64,000 nt of DNA from Antechinus flavipes (lineage: Eukaryota), in contig NC_067399.1 in the NCBI RefSeq assembly GCF_016432865.1, positions 525,016,001 through 525,080,000 of the forward strand, given 5' to 3'. Positions 39,601-52,720 of this stretch are shown here, in pieces. The translations under genes were made by a program, and so were the position numbers. How positions within the stretch are numbered: position 1 is the stretch's first letter; every line of letters starts with the position of its first letter. The notes below the pieces were generated by a model that was not told the origin of the DNA, ran no database searches, and saw nothing but the letters and a program-made list of their open reading frames with translations.

Positions 39601-39650
39601 ACTCTGTCTTGAGTACTGAAGAAGTAGTTAGGAACAAAAATATGAAGGGT
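36620..39650 (+). mobile_element. Long ancient L3/CR1 LINE (ORF1 end, endonuclease, RT) with nested SINEs
   Basis: ORF1-end remnant gactttaaactaa (RALN*-like, 36822-36834); endonuclease start ~37002 (CLYTNA-like); RT DFSKxFD at 38781-38800; FNIFVNNL...KFTDNK (FNIFINDL...KFADDTK-like) at 39212-39295. Confidence 0.75.
38961..39199 (-). mobile_element. MAR1-type SINE nested in L3
   Basis: gttgtttttcagtcatttcagtcatgcttgactc tail, CORE, and head gccacctagttgtcc. Confidence 0.8.
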
Positions 39651-40499
39651 TTTTTTCTATTTTAAACTAAAGACAATAGGGAGCTATTGAAAAAAATGGA
39701 TCTGGGTGATTAAAATGGTGAGATTTGTGTTTTAAAAATATCAACTTGGTAACTGCCTGAAAAATAGATTGGAGGAAAAGTAAAAACTGAAGGCAGGGAG
39801 ATCAATTAGGAGACCCTTGCAATAGTTCAAATAAAAGGTAATAAAAGCCTGAACTGGAGTAGAGGCCCATGTTTCCATAATTTTGTGAACTTCGTTTCTG
39901 ACTGCTGAATTATTCATCTCATAAATCAAAAATTCAGATTTTTTTATTAGACTAGTTATTTTATGCTCAGAAGAGACAATGGGAACTGATAATATTTATG
40001 GAGTAAATGATGTCTAAGTGAGGAGGTTCCATTAGGAACTAATTTTTATGACTATATAACATCAAAATAATTGGTTAAAAATTAGGCATTCAGTCAAATT
40101 GGTTTCTTGGTAAGAGAGTCTTCCTGTCTCCCTGACCTGACTCCTTCCACGGACCTTCTGTGATAGTGTATTCTTTGAGATTCTAAAGCAAGATATAGGT
40201 TAATCAGGCTGGCTTTCACTTCCCTACCCTCCAGACCTTGATCATTCTGAGATTTAGTATTCTTTAATCTGATTCAAAGATTCAATAATCTGAGCATTTT
40301 TCTTGTAGATCTTCAAGATTATATTTCCTGGTATTTCCTTTCTTTATGTGTTTTCTCTTTTTTCTTTTCCATTATCTTCTCCCCAGTTACCTTTTCTTTA
40401 CTTTTTCTATTTCTTCCTTCTCTTTTACTCTGAAATTTTTGCTCATTGTTCATCATGAAAATAAGACACATGTAATTTCTGCATTTGTCTATAACTCAA

Positions 40500-41030
40500 G
40501 GATTTCCTTCCTCCAACAAGTATTAACTGAATCCCTTTTAAGTACTTAGCACTCTGCTAGGCAATGTAGGGAATACAATGTGTAAGAATGATTCTTTAAG
40601 AGCTTTTAATTTAGCTAGGGAGTTAAAACATTCATACACAAACATTTAAATAACAATATAAGATAGCATATCCAGGTTTAATGAAAACACTGACAAAAAA
40701 ATGCTTTATAATAGAGAGGAGATCACTATGAACTGAGGGGGATTATAGGTTTAGTGCAGGATGTAGCAATTGACAATAGGGTCTTAAAATAGAAGTATGA
40801 TTCAAATAAATACAAAGAAGGCTGGAGAGCTTCCCCTATAGGGGAATAATATAAGCTAAAACACAGAGATGGGAAAATGCATGGTGTATTTAGGATATGG
40901 TGAGTAAAATAATCTGGCCAGAGAAGGAGATTTCCATTGGCAGCTAAGGGGTGAAAGCTAGATAGAGAATGTAAGTCTGGGAAGGCCAGGCTTAAAGACA
41001 TTGGATTCTCAAAATAGTGTAGTGGGATAC
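40500..41030 (-). mobile_element. L2 3' region
   Basis: caacaagtattaactgaatccc...ggagcttttaatttagctaggg; purine-rich body. Confidence 0.6.
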
Positions 41031-41490
41031 CTCCATAGGTTCTCACACCTGATATAGAACTTAGAATGCATATGGGCACATGCAAATTCCTTGAAGGGAA
41101 GCACCAGTTCTTGTCTTTCTATCTCTAGTACCTGCCACATAGTAAATACTTAACAAATGTCTGTTGAGTTAGAATTTATTGAATGATGTTGGTTTCAATT
41201 CTCAGAGGAGGCTAAGGGAGGGACTTTAGCACTAAGAAAGATAGTTGTATGCCATCCAAATATATTGGAGGTGGTAGCCAGCTTTAAAAGCTGTAGGTCT
41301 TGAGAGCTCTCTTGTGCTTGGGTCTCCTCATCTCTCCCTGTACTCTTTCTTAAAAGGCACAAAAACAGTAGATAGCATTGCTTCTCAACTTCTCTTGACA
41401 TTCCCTTCTTTATCTCCCTATTGGACTCTTCCTGGTACAGAAAGGGACAAGCAGTAGTTAATCTGTCTCTGATTCTGGTTTTCTGTCTAT

Positions 41491-41729
41491 GGGGCAGCTA
41501 GGTGGTACTCTGGATAAAGTGCTATATGTAAGTCTCATCTTCCTGAGTTTAAAACTGGCCTCAGACACTTACCATTTGTATGATCCTGAGCACGTCACTA
41601 ACCTTATTTCTCTCAGTTTCCTTATCTGTCAAATGTGCTGGAGAAGGAAATAGAAAACCATTCTAATATCCTTGTCAAAAAAACACTAGATGGGACCAGA
41701 TAAAAACTTGGACACGACTGAATGATAAA
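41491..41729 (+). mobile_element. MAR1-type SINE
   Basis: ggggcagctaggtgg head, CORE (ggcctcagacactt), RTE-like tail (gctggagaaggaaatagaaaaccattct...gacacgactgaa). Confidence 0.85.
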
Positions 41730-42084
41730 GTATTTATGTGCCTGTGCCTCTATCTGAATCCAGCTCTCTCTCTTTCTTTCCTCCCTTCTTTTCCTCTTTT
41801 GAACTTTGCTATGAATTATGGAAGTCTACATGGCCTTGTGTCAAAGTAGATTCAATTGGACCTAGGAAAGGTAATCTAATTCTATACCATTAAAGACTAT
41901 CTTGTGTCTTTAGTTACTCTTAAGGATTATGTTCTTAATTTATAGAGCTCAGTTTGATTGACATGAATGTTTGCAGTCAGCTAAAAATTTCCTTGTATGA
42001 ATCTTTATCTTTTATAAATCCTTATTTATTTTATCTCGAGCAAAATTGTCTGTGTATTGAGTGGGGGTCAGCTTGCCAAGTATT

Positions 42085-42350
42085 TTAGGCAACTTTGTGG
42101 CTCAGTGGCTAGAATTCTGGGTCTGTGGTCAGGAAGACCTGAATTCAAATCCAGCTTTAGAGATTTACTAACTCTAAGACTCTGTATGTTATTCAACATC
42201 TGTTTACCTCAGTTCTCTCATCTATAAAATGAGAATAATAATAGCCACTATCTCTCAGTATTGCTGTTAAAGTTAAATGAGAGATTAATTGTAAAACATT
42301 TAGCATAGTGCCAGGCACATAATAAGCACTATATAAATGTTTCTGCTGCT
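42085..42350 (+). mobile_element. MIR
   Basis: ggtcaggaagacctgaattcaaatccag B box, CORE, and gcttagcatagtgccaggcacataataagcact-type end. Confidence 0.8.
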
Positions 42351-42522
42351 GCCATTGTTGTTTTAATAATAATAATAATAATTCTGTTGACCATACCATC
42401 AAAGCCCCTAATTTATAAAGAGTACTATTTTAACTGCTCCTGTGATATACTATAGGTCATGGCTTTAATATAGCCCAGATTCCCCCTAATTTTTTAATAG
42501 GAAAAAAATCAAATCCATAGAG

Positions 42523-42654
42523 NNNNNNNNNNNNNNNNNNNNNNNNNNNNNNNNNNNNNNNNNNNNNNNNNNNNNNNNNNNNNNNNNNNNNNNNNNNNNN
42601 NNNNNNNNNNNNNNNNNNNNNNNNNNNNNNNNNNNNNNNNNNNNNNNNNNNNNN
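42523..42654. other. Assembly gap (132 N) beside a (GAAA)n repeat
   Basis: Run of N. Confidence 1.
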
Positions 42655-43049
42655 GCCAGAAAGAAAGAAAGAGAGGAAGGAAGAAAGGAAAGAAGAGGAC
42701 ATAACTTTTTTTCCATTGTAAATATATAGGATCATGGTGTGTTAATTCCTTTTGATAATCTGTTTTGAAAAGCAAATATAAATCCTCAATGTAACATGAT
42801 CCAGTTCTGTTTTTACTTATTTTCTAATTGCTAGCTGTGTGGTGTATATCATAAACTCTTTCAGCTTCAGATTCTTCATCTACAAAAGATGGGAGTTGAA
42901 TTCAATGGACTCTAAAATCTCTTACAGTTCTAAACCTACAACCCTACATGCTTTTATTTTCTTATCAGTTTACCAACTCTCATAGGCAAATATAACTATA
43001 TAACATATATCATCGGTAACATATAACATAGGCAACATATAATTATGTA

Positions 43050-43260
43050 ATAATAATAATAGCTAGGATTTATGAATCACTAAGTTTTACAAAACATCTT
43101 ATATGTGTTGTCATTTGATTGTCATGGCATCCTGATGGGGTAAAAGTTACTATTAACCCTGTTTTGCATATGAAGAAACTGGAAATCAGAGAGGTTGAGA
43201 GGTTTTTTTTCCCCCAGTTCGCACAGCTAATAAGTATCAGAGACAGAATTGGAGCTAGCA
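43050..43260 (-). mobile_element. MIR
   Basis: ttttgcatatgaagaaactggaaatcagagaggtt...cacagctaataagtatcagag. Confidence 0.7.
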
Positions 43261-44399
43261 AGAATAAAATTTCTTTTAAAATTTAGGCAGCCCAGAATGT
43301 CAAAGCTGCCCGTATTTGGCTAAAGGATCTGTGCAGCTATTTAAAAATATTTTGTAATTTTATAAACAACCAAAAAAAAAAAAAAACCAAACAACCCTGA
43401 AGTTTGTGACTAAAAATCAAATAATTTTTCCTTAGTGGGTCTATTTATCTTTGAGAACATTTGTTCCTGTGAAGTTGTCTTATTTGTTTTACATGAAACA
43501 AAAAAGGATTTCTGTGAGAAATATGTTTGGGAATGCAAATATGCTGCAGATAGCTAGTGCCTGTATATACATGCTGAATTTTGCTCACTGTGTGCTGGAG
43601 TCATTCTTTTTTTTTTTTTTCCAATTTAATTAGGGAGACAGATGTATATGGTGCACAGAGAACTCGGAAAGCAGGGAAGCCAGTGGGACATGGAAGTGTG
43701 ATTTGTAAAACTCTCATTCTCAATGATTTGAAGGTAATTGTCACTAAACATGGCCATTTATAATTCTGCTTATGATAATGCTTGTGGTTGCTATTCCAGT
43801 GGTCTGTGAGGGTGCATCTTATACTCTGTGGATGAATGGTAGCTGTCAGGAATTTACATTTTCTGCTTATCTCTCAAAGGAAGAGATTCATCCCAATATG
43901 CACTTCATGTGACCTTGGTGTTATGATTAAAGAAGCATTGAGCTTGGGACTGTCCCACCTTTCACCTGATTTCATTGCTTTTCAATGTGCCTTCTTTGGA
44001 TGCTGGTGAAAAGCTAGGATTTTCATACAGAATACGAAAAGGAGTTGAACCAGAATTATTCCAAAATAGATTTTTTCAGTCGCCTAAAACAATTGAGGGT
44101 GGCTTATCACAAAGCAAAAGACAAAAGGAACATGCTGAGGAAATGAGGACTTTCCCAAAATGGGAAGTGACAAAGGAAGAGGAGGTTGAGAAACAGAGAA
44201 CCTCTGATCTCCTAAGCTTTCTGCCCATTTGTTTGGCATTGGATTATGGAAACATGGAAGAGGAAGTAGGAGTAAACTGAGCAAAGAAATGAGTGATGAA
44301 GGCTATTGTGGATAGTGTAGGAATAGAATGAAAGAGAGGGGAGAGAAAGGAAAAAGGGTGTATAAGCAAAGCTGATCTTCCATCTGGAGCTTGGCACAT

Positions 44400-45110
44400 T
44401 CACCACCAGTAAATTGGGCTCCCGCATGCTCTAATTCCTGTTCCACACAGACTGCTAACGCGGCTTGGATAAAAAGGAGAAAAAAAATCTATGCAGGAGG
44501 CTGCAAGAGCACATAGAGTCTGTTCTGAGCTCCTTCCACAAGCAGACAGAAATCAATAAATCAATTGGGAATGTTCGCTGGCTGTAAAATGGGTAGAGAA
44601 TCTAGTGTCAAGCTGCTAGAAGATGGATGGACAGTAGGCTCGCTGTCTGCTGAAAGGCCAGAGGTGACTATCACCTTGAGATGAGATCAGTGACCAACAG
44701 CCTAGCAGCCCTTTGAACCCAGAGTTTATCATTAAGGGCCGGGGCATGGCTTAAAACAGTCTCAGTGCTACCCACCGTGACATCCCTCCCTGCCTCTGCT
44801 TTTCACTTCGGCTGCACCGGTGACTTGCCATCCGGAGCCTGGCAGCTGTCTTCCCCGTGCCTGCTGTGCCACTTCATTGAAGTAAAAGCTTCGGGAGGTT
44901 GAATCAAAACTGACGAGATGCCCTATGGTAGGAAGAATCGATTGGAAAGGGTAGGGATTTTCTGCACAACAGTTGGATTTTTCCTTTTCTATAAAAGGGG
45001 TTTAACATAATACGTCCAGTGCTCTCCCCAGCACAGTGCAGCATGTTAACCCTTTCATTGTCCAGCTTAACACAAGGTGCAAAGGATTCCACTGAGGGGA
45101 CAGATAAGGT
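44400..45110. promoter_or_regulatory. Candidate promoter or enhancer (CpG-enriched, no recognisable TE)
   Basis: 15 CpGs between 44424 and 45013 against a very low background; ATTGG at 44941-44945; TATAAAAG at 44990-44997; E-box CAGCTG at ~44843. Confidence 0.45.
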
Positions 45111-46810
45111 GATTATCTGAGCTGAGAAGTTTTCTTTCTTTCTTTCTTTCTCTCTCTTTTTTTAAAGGGCTTGAAGTTAGTCAGAGCTTGCTGTGCAAAG
45201 GTTGCCCTTACTCTCCTGAGTGTCTCTGTATTGGGTCATTTCAAATTGAGGGGAACTTGCTCTTCAATTGCTACACAGTGGAGGTAACTGGTGCTTTTGG
45301 CTGTCAGTGGTCCCAGGACAGGAAGCAGGCAGTTTGACTCCAGGCTCCCTTTTGGTTGCCGCCACACTGGGAGGATGGGCATTTCTCTCACATGGTGACC
45401 TACTGCTTATCCTCTTCTTAGAAAACAGACAGGTTCTTAACCTTCTGTAACCAAGATTAGGCCTCACCCTGGGTCTAAATCCCTGACAATAAATCTCACA
45501 CTTAGTCTTCTGGCCATAACTATGTCTCAAGGATACCGAGCATCCAGCCAAAGACCAAGCACATTTTCAGTGCTTTTTTCGTATGTGTTACCACCTGTCC
45601 AACACAGCCTCAGCTTGACCAAATAATGAAGTTTTTTCTTCTCCTTTATTTCCCTCTTATTCGCTTAATTTAAAGTATCTGTTTTTATCTTTGAGGTTTG
45701 ACTACGTTGTTTCCTATGTTTCTTAGTGTAGAATATAAATAGAGATGTAGACAGGATATTTCGATTCCATTGGTAGGACACTTGAGTAATAGGAATTTCC
45801 TTTGTCCTTATAGGTTGGCATCTTCTTTCCATCTTAGAGTCTTAGAGAATTGTGTGTGGCCACTGAGAGATTAAGTGACTATGTGTCAGAGAACCCAGGT
45901 CTTTCGGGTGCTGAGGCCAGTTCTGTATTCATTATGCTACCTTGCCTCTCACATACAAAAACAAATAATTAGAGTTCTACATTTCAAAGATCATGTAAAT
46001 TAACAGAAACAATCCCAAATATGACAAATTAATTACTATAAAATTAAGTTTGGTGACTGTGTCTACAAAAGGTATGGATTCCTTGAAGACTTGTCTCCTT
46101 TTCTTCTCTCTGTTCAAATGTGGCATGTTTTAAACCAAATATCTTATGCCTTCCAATCTGTTCTTCTTTCTGACAATTCATATGGGGGGAACGACCATTT
46201 ATCCACTTATCCAGGCTCAAAGCATAGAATAGACTGGTCTTTGACTATTAATTATACTTCAGAAGTAGTAATATTATAGAAAACTATAGGAAAGCAAAGT
46301 GATCCTGGAAAGAATCAATTAATACCTTCCCCAAGATCTAGAATGAAGAGTGGAAGGTCTTTGGACATGGGTAACACTTGGAGATCTATGAAAATGGATT
46401 ATCCAGTGCCTAATCATGACTGTAGTAATGTAGTTTAGTAAGTATGTTCACTACAATATTGCTTGCAATGGTATGCCCAGAAACTAACGTGATATAATGT
46501 TCTGACACAGAGTGGAAGTCTGGATTCTGCATTACTAACAATGATAAGCTCCTTGGGGACAGGGACTGTTTTTTTTTTTTTTTTTTTGCCTCTTTTTGTA
46601 TCCCCAGCACTTAGTAGAGTGTCCAGCATGTAGTGTGCCTTACAAATGTTTGTTAACTGATCAATTGATCAAGGGATGGCCAGCCATGACCTCAACAAAG
46701 AATGGAATCTGATAGGTTTAGGCTACAATTACTTCCATCTTCCCTTTTCCTTTCCCTAACTCAGCTCCTAATGCTATATACAGAAAATCTATACACAGTA
46801 TATTCTATAT

Positions 46811-46968
46811 CATTGGTTCTCTGAGTGTGGTCCAGAGAATCTTGGGGATTTCAGAAACTTTCAGAAGGTCTAAAAATTCAAAATGAGTTTTTCATTTCTA
46901 ATATGGTGAATATCTAAAAAGATAACTCACTTAATGAGATACTGAGAACAAAAGTTTGAGAACCACTG
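46811..46968. mobile_element. hAT-Charlie MITE (MER5A-like ends)
   Basis: TIRs cattggttctc / gagaaccactg; 8-bp TSD TTCTATAT (46803-46810) and TTCTACAT (46969-46976). Confidence 0.85.
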
Positions 46969-47369
46969 TTCTACATTCCTGGGGATGCTAGGCACAATAA
47001 AAGTTTAACAGGGAGGAGCAAATAAACAAAGTTATAAAACAGAGGTCAGAGAAAATGTAAAGTAGACAAACTTTGAGTAACGTAGACTCTATTTTGACCA
47101 ATTGCTCAAGCAATTCCAAGTGCAGCCTCTGAAACAATATCTGGGAAAGGAATCATGGTTCTTAGGAGTGGCAACATCTTTACTTCCAATTGGGATCTGG
47201 GAATGAGTCTTGTGATGGAAGCTATGTCTGGGATCTGGAAATGAGCATCACTAGAGCCATGGGAAATCTGTCTGCTGATAGCAATTGTTATTGGGTCTGA
47301 TACTACATTAGGCACCTTGGCCCTGTATTTGACATATGCTATATTATCCAAGGGCAAGAGAACAAGCAA

Positions 47370-47550
47370 CCAACTACTATATCCCAGGCATTATAGTGTG
47401 TTACAAATACTACCTTTTTTTGATCCCCATAATAATCCTGGAAATCAGGTGCTATTATCATCCTCATTTTACAGTTGAGGAAACTGAAGCAGACACCGGG
47501 TATCTGACTCACCTAGAATCACACAGCTGGTAAGTGTCTGAGGTCTTCAG
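47370..47550 (-). mobile_element. MIR-type SINE
   Basis: cctcattttacagttgaggaaactgaagcaga...cacacagctggtaagtgtctgagg. Confidence 0.8.
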
Positions 47551-49539
47551 TAGGAAAGAAGTTTATCAGCAGCACCTTCTTGCATAATGTCCTAGGGTTT
47601 CAAATAGAACCAGGTGCCCTTAACAAACCAAATTAAAGAAGTCTTGGCAGATCTAGTCTGTGATGAACTGGAAAAAATAAAGCTAGATGAAACTCTGTTG
47701 CCAGGTTTCATCAAACAGCACACCTAAATCAATATATCCCTCAGCATGGGGCTGCTGGTGACAGTCTCTTTATGGGTAACATCCTTCTAACCCTCCAAAT
47801 CTCCCTGGCCATGTGACTTAATCCAGAAGAACCCAGCAGCCAGGGATGGGGGAAGGGAAGAGAGGAAGATCACTTGAAACTGACCACTGAACAGATCTGA
47901 TCCATAATAAGGGCAAGTTTATATTATAGTTTCCTGGAGGTTTTGCTTAATAGAGTTAGGAACACACTTAAGAGCCCAAGGGAATGGGAAAATCCAAGGC
48001 TTTCATGCTGAGAAGACCTCTATTAGAAGCAAACCTTTTCTATACTCCTACTCCCTACCAATCCAGAATCCAATATCACTCGTTCATGCATATCAAGAAT
48101 TGCAAAGAAATCTAGCACTTTATTTTTAGTTTTTGGTAATCTTGAGAATCCTAGGTAACTTCTGGGATATAACTTTTGGATAACTGCCTGGAGGGATTAG
48201 ATAACAATGTAATCCTGTATAAAACTTGCACTAGTGGATAAAGTGTATTTGTATCTGTGAGCCTGTAAGAGAGGAAAAGTTGGTTTCTCCACACCTCATC
48301 CCTTTAGCAAAATTAACATAACCACAAAAAGTTAAGGAGGGACAGAAAATAGAGGTGATGAAGTATAAATATTTTAAGGGAACTGCCCTTTATTCATTTA
48401 TAAGACATGAAGACTTTTTTTTTCTGATAGAATTGGAAAGGCCACTTTTTATTGGTTAACCAAAATATTGGCTGGTCTTAAAAAAATTAAGTTTGTTGAC
48501 CCTGGAATGAATTTTTTTTTTTTTAGGCAGGGAATAGTTTTATAGATTGATAATTGCTCCTATTCTTCTTTAAGGAAGAAAACATCTAGCAGAGAACAGA
48601 GACAGATAACGAAAGTTGGGGTCAGGAAGCATCTTCATGAACAGTGATTTCTGGGGTACTCTGGGAAGAGTACTAATTGTGAAGTTGAGAGCTATTTTTT
48701 GGCAGCCAAGAGTTAATCTGTGGAGAATTGCAGAATGAGCAATTTACCAATCAGAAATACAGAGATCAAGGGGAGTAAAGTGAGAATACCACAAGATAAG
48801 AAGGGGTATTGGAGTCCTATGATGCCAGAGGCATGCGTTGATAAAGACTTATTTCCTAAGTGTGTGTCTCACTACCAAGGAACTTTTAAGTTTGAGTTCA
48901 CTCTTCCCATTGCCAACTTTAGGAGAATGTGTCTTAGGTTTATTAGGAGGAATTATTTTGGAACTACTATTCTTACTATGCCATCCTAGAAAATGACTTC
49001 GCTTTGTGTGAATCCTGTCTAACGGCTGCTTCTTAAAAATAAACATACCTCTAGAAACTTGTGAACTATAGTTTTAGGAGTGGGGGACCACAGAATATCT
49101 TTTGAATCTGAATATGGTGATTGTCTTCTAAGATATTCACCTTGCTAATGTGAATTGAAGAGCAGTTCACAGAGGGAGTGCTACAGATAATAATAATGGC
49201 GGACATTTGGCTCAGAACCAGTGACTCAGACTTTGTGGATCCAGGTTGGAGAATATTCTAGATAGAATTTCATTTCTTACATTGGATCTGGTAGGTGATG
49301 TCATGACATGATCTGAAAATATCATGGAAAGCAGAGGAAATTTAGCTCTCTCCTTTTCCAACAATTTATATATTGCTATATGAATTATAGGAGAGGAAGA
49401 CAAGGGTTTATGTATCAGGCTGCTTCCCCATAATGAGTTGTCACATTGTTGTCTCAGTGACTGCTATTTTAGGATGCCATCAAGGTGGAGATGTTACCTT
49501 AATTCAACTCAGAAAAAATTCCAGCGCTTCCTGTATATG

Positions 49540-51600
49540 GATGATTATGACAGGAATTGGGTATAGCAATGGATGGGTAAAATATGTTCAATATGTATAT
49601 GGATAAGAAAATACAAGGGAAAGAGAGAGAGAGAAAGAGGAAAGTATCAGTTATTGGGATTAGGGAAAGCTTCATGAAGGGTGCATGACATGGGGTCATG
49701 AAAAGAAATAAGGAATCTGAAATGTAGAGACAATGGGAGTCTATGTTTTAGACATGGAGGGAGGATGGTATGTATAGGTGCACACAAGGAAGAAATGAAA
49801 TATCAAGAAAAGGGATGCCAATTTAGTTAAATGTTAAGTGTATGAAAGGGAATAATTTGAAAGACATATTTATAAAATGGGCATTAGGAGAGTCAGATCA
49901 TACAATGCCTTCAAAGTTAAACTGAGAAGTTTGTTATTCTACAATCAATGGGGAGTGACTAAAGTTTTTTTTTTTTTTTTCATCAGGGGAGTTTCAGGAC
50001 ACACCTATGTCTTGGCAAGACCATTTCCCAAACTATTTCTGGGTAGAAAATGAATTAGGAAAAGGAGAAGCCCGAGGCAAGCAACACAATTTGTGTCCTT
50101 GCAATTGTTTCCAAGAAAAGTGATGAGAGTTTTGGTGGTGGGAGTATAAAGAAAGGGACAATTGCGAGAGGTGTTGTGAAGGCAATATCGACAGACTTGG
50201 CAATTGATTAGCTGATGAAGGTAACAGAGAAAGGAGGATGCAAGGGTGACTTATAGGCCATGAACTTAGTTGATGAAAAAGATTCAATAGAATTAGATAT
50301 GTTTGGAAGAAGGGAAGGCTTGGGGTAAGGAGGGAAGATTAGAGTTTCTATTCTACACATGCTAAGTGATTGAAATAAAAGCACTTACCAAGTGCTTGCT
50401 AAATTCAAAACATAGCATTAAGTGATGGACATACAAATAGAAGAGTGAGACAGTTATCACTCTCAAGGAGCTCACGTTTAAATTAAAGAATACAAAACAT
50501 TTATGAAGTTTCATCCAGAAGTCAGATGAAAAAGGCCCAGGGGACCTTAGGGTATAGTGGCAAATCATATATTCTTCAATGTCATTTCTATCAACAAAGC
50601 TACTTACTGTTAAGGAATTTAGTGGCAAGAAGCTTCTTTTCCAGTCTTCAGTAGCTGTGGCTGCTGAGTTGGCAGGGGTTGTACCACCTAAGCTCATTGC
50701 CAGGTGATATTTCTTTAGGGTTATTTAACTTTATCTTTTTTCCTATCATCTTAGCCAATCTGAGAGGATATAGTGGTACCTAAGAGCTATCTTAATTGCA
50801 TAGGGTTAATTAACACTAGGATGGCTTCAGGAGCTGAGTCAGAACTTGCTCCTTTCTGATATGTTCAGTTTGAGATCCTAATGTTTAGCAGATGCTATAA
50901 TATTAGATTCCAGAAGAGAATGATGGGTAACAAATATAGTCTTGGAAATCATCTACATAGAGATGATAATTGAATTCATTAGAGCTGCTGAGATTACCAA
51001 AGGAGAGATTCCAGAGAGGAGAGAAGAGGGTTTGGAGATATTTACATTATGGAGGAGAGATACAGAATGTGGTCCAGCAATGGAGACCAAGAAGGAGTGG
51101 TGAGATGAAAAGGAGGAAAGCCAGGAGATAACAGTTTCATGGAAGTCAAAGAATAAAAGAATATCCAACAAAGGCATGTCCAACAATACCAAAAGATTCA
51201 GGGAGATCAATGCGAATAAAGACAAGAAAGACCATCACATTTAGTAATTTTATTACTGTACCTTTTGAAAAAATAGTTTCAATTGAGTAGTGGTATTGGA
51301 AGCCAGATTGTTCGAAACTGTTGTGATCAGGTGGTGAGGAAATGGGGACAGATAATGTAGATTAACCTAGCTAGGAGATTGGCAGTTAAAGGGAGATAAG
51401 ATATAGGATGATAATTTGAGGGGAGTGGTCAAGTGAAGGATTTTTAAGATGTAGGTGGCATCAATACATTTTCAGGGAGTGTCAAAATGTTCTTTAAGCA
51501 GGGAGCAGTTGAAGGGGGAGAAAAAGGAGAAAATGAGCAATGGATAAATATTCCAGATGAGATGGGAAGGAATGGAATTAATGCCATAAATAAAAGGCTG
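49540..51600 (-). mobile_element. L2 LINE segments (long, fragmented)
   Basis: Purine-rich L2-like body (ggcaattgattagctgatgaagg, gttcagtttgagat, ggaagccagattg). Boundaries approximate. Confidence 0.6.
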
Positions 51601-52539
51601 GCCTTGGAGAGGAGAATGGCCACATTTGTTTCACATAGAAGCTAGGTTTCTCACAATTCATTTGGTTTCCAGTATCTCCATCCTCTTGAACCCCACTTTA
51701 TTTTTTACTAATTAGACATTTGAAGGAAATATTAAGAATTATTGGGAAAAACTATGTTTAAGAGGTTCACTTGTTCTTCCTCTTCTTCACCAGGGCTTTT
51801 GTGTTGCTTGTGTGGAGAATAAAAGAGAATTTAAGGCTTTGCCATTGGGTACTTAATGGTATTTTGTATGGGATTGTTATCATATTCTTATATGATATTC
51901 TCTAACACCATTATTCAGAGATTGAACTTCAAAACCAGAAGGCCAGGATTCAAGTCCTGCCAGTCATGTCTGAGCCTGGATAAACCACTGACCCTCTGTG
52001 CCTCAGCCAACTTTCTAAGACCATCAGTTGTGGAGATGGTGCCAACTTACATTAGTAGAGGGAATTTTCTTATCTGGGAGTTTCCATTATATAAGAAATC
52101 ACTGGCTAACTATTGATCCTTGTATTTAACTCTTGACCTGGTCTACTCTGTTAGACCAGCTACAATACCCAATTCTTTCATTAAATTGGAATCACATAGA
52201 GCCATTTTATTTCAACAGTGCTTATTAGGTGATCTCCACAGCTAAGATATTTTATTTCTCAGTATCATAGAAGTATTTATGCTCTACTTGTGTGATTATG
52301 TCTCAACCTGATTTTGTTCCTCTAAAGTCCAAAAAATCTTAATACTACCTGGATAATTCAGACTAGAAAAAGAACATTGACTTGAAATAGGTAATTTTTT
52401 TAAAAAGTGACTTTTGTTGTTGCTTGGTTCTTTTTAAATATAGTACAGTTCCTTTTAAAAAGCTCATTCCGGGGGAACACCTGCCTTACTTATGTTAAAG
52501 TAAGATTTTAGGAGAAACTGGTATAATCTCTTGAAAGAT

Positions 52540-52720
52540 GTGATTTGATATAGCTGAATTCTTATACTAACTGGGTTCCAGAAGTTTGCATAGTATTCAA
52601 GCTGAGACTGTGTGACCATCTATCAGGGATGCTGAAGAGGAAATTTCTGCATTGGGTGGGAGGTTGGACTACTGACCTCTAATATCCCTTCCAACTCAAA
52701 GATTCTAAGATTCTGTGGAC
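52540..52720 (+). mobile_element. L3/MIR3 3' end
   Basis: gggaggttggactactgacctctaatatcccttccaactcaaagattctaagattctgtg. Confidence 0.7.

Noticed and set aside
47686-47712. Hairpin GATGAAAC...GTTTCATC, considered as a hammerhead ribozyme or IRE
   Set aside because: No CTGATGA/GAAA core and no CAGTG loop; 8-bp stems are expected many times in 64 kb.
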